Source: Lama guanicoe (taxonomy: Eukaryota). From it: DNA of 64,000 nucleotides. Shown one piece after another: positions 62,795 through 64,000 of this stretch. The translations under genes and the position numbers were made by a program. The stretch lies in contig MU057346.1 of the NCBI GenBank assembly GCA_013239625.1, forward strand, positions 6,720,431-6,784,430. The letters run 5' to 3'. Numbering within the stretch: the first letter of the stretch is position 1; every line of letters starts with the position of its first letter. The notes below the pieces were generated by a model, which was given only the letters and a program-made list of their open reading frames with translations, had not been told where the DNA came from and searched no databases.

Positions 62795-63238
62795 TGTGAG
62801 CTGCTCAGGGTTCTGTGATCGAAAGAAAAACACTGGCCAGCTTAAGCCATAAAAGGTTCATTGGATGAATGCTGGCCATATTCTACACATTTAAAATCTG
62901 ACAGCTGAACAGGAATGGGCTCAGTTCTGGGGATTCCAGCCAGAAACTCTTGAAGCCTCTTTTCTGAGGCAGAACCAGTGGAATACATCCTCTCCACCCA
63001 CCTTCCATGTTTGCACCCTTTGTATCACAGTTCTTGGGAGAGAGCTTCTGATTGGCTTAGGTTGGGACATGAGCCTTCTTCTCTTGGGCAGAACTGGAGG
63101 AAATAACATTGTGATTAACAGTCCCACCAGAACCACGGGGAAGAGAGAGAGTTAATGGCCCAGGGATCAGCAGGGCACTGTTACTTAGAGAAGGAGGTCA
63201 GGACAAGAAAGTCAAAACTTGCACATATCTCCCATACC
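62795..63238 (-). mobile_element. Old MLT1 (J/K/L-type) LTR
   Basis: ggccagcttaagc..aaaagg...gggagagagcttctgattggcttaggttgggacatg...gcactgttac. Confidence 0.55.
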
Positions 63239-64000
63239 ACATCATGAAAAAAAACTAAAAACCTTAATTTATTATCTGCTGCTTCCAAACCTAAACTGCA
63301 AATCTGCATGCAAAACTTGGCAGCGGTAAAGGTAGCAGCTTGTGGGTGTGACAAAAGCCAGGAGTTCAGCTCAGAAAACCTGCACTCATATTCCAGCCTG
63401 GCATCTCTAGTTGTGTTACCTTGGTTTCAGCGTGCATCACGCCAGAGCCTGCTGTAAAGTGCAAGTTATCCCAACACATCTCCCAAATCACAGGGGGATC
63501 ACATGAGATGCAGCTCCTCAAAATGCATGGAAAGTCAGCACCACCCACCTGGGCCTAGAGTAGGAAGGATTGACGTTGGGGTTGCAAATAACAAGTGAAG
63601 CCCCAGAACCTGGTCATGGGTCTACACTCTATTTTAAACACTTGTAAATATCTCACCTGGGCCATGTACTTTTGTATAGTTGAGAACTGAATAAATAAGT
63701 CTTTTTTTTTTAAAGGAGAGTCTTTGAAGGACTGGGAGATCTCAGAGCTATTGATATTTTGACAGATGTGTTGGTGACTTGAAATCTTTGCATGCAATTA
63801 TCTTTGAAATTGTGGATGCAACAAATGTAGATATTGATAACCAACTTGATATATGCAACCTTCTCTCCACACCACCCAGTGTCCCATAGCATCCTTCGTC
63901 TGCATACTGCCACTAATCTTTCAGCTGGCCAGAAAGCTAACAGCTATCTTTTCGGTAAGGTGGCTCCATACTCATAATCCAATAAAGCAGTAAGACTCCT

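Noticed and set aside
1-64000. Protein-coding genes among the supplied six-frame ORFs
   Set aside because: All are 165 aa or shorter, many start at non-ATG codons, none has a domain I recognise, and many overlie repeats. This is what random ORFs in mammalian non-coding DNA look like.
1-64000. CRISPR array, operon or prokaryotic defence system
   Set aside because: No regularly spaced repeats or gene-dense structure; the DNA is clearly mammalian.

Overview
This window is mammalian, non-coding genomic DNA, very probably from a camelid (alpaca, llama or camel). The basis is three tRNA-derived SINEs matching my recollection of Vic-1 (GGGGAGGGTATAGCTCAGTGGTAGAG...GGTTCAATCCC) and cetartiodactyl-type L1 3' ends. 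I found no recognisable protein-coding ORF, rRNA, true tRNA, CRISPR array or prokaryote-type system; the supplied ORFs look like chance or repeat-derived frames. The window is a mosaic of ancient eutherian repeats (MIR, L2, L1M, MER3/5/20/58/63/96/119, MLT1 and MER68-like LTRs), a few younger insertions with target-site duplications (TSDs), and several repeat-free AT-rich blocks that look like conserved enhancers. The leads most worth following are: (1) a promoter-like, ATG-free segment ending in AAA-ATG-AAA|GTAAGC at 18.8 kb, possibly an alternative first exon encoding only Met-Lys; (2) all six recognisable LTRs lying on the minus strand, hinting at a large + strand transcription unit; (3) PBX-HOX/MEIS/POU motif-dense blocks at about 59 and 61 kb; (4) a palindromic MER96B with an internal duplication; (5) several perfect small hairpins. 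Repeat family names come from recalled consensus sequences and need RepeatMasker/Dfam confirmation, and boundaries are approximate unless a TSD is given.
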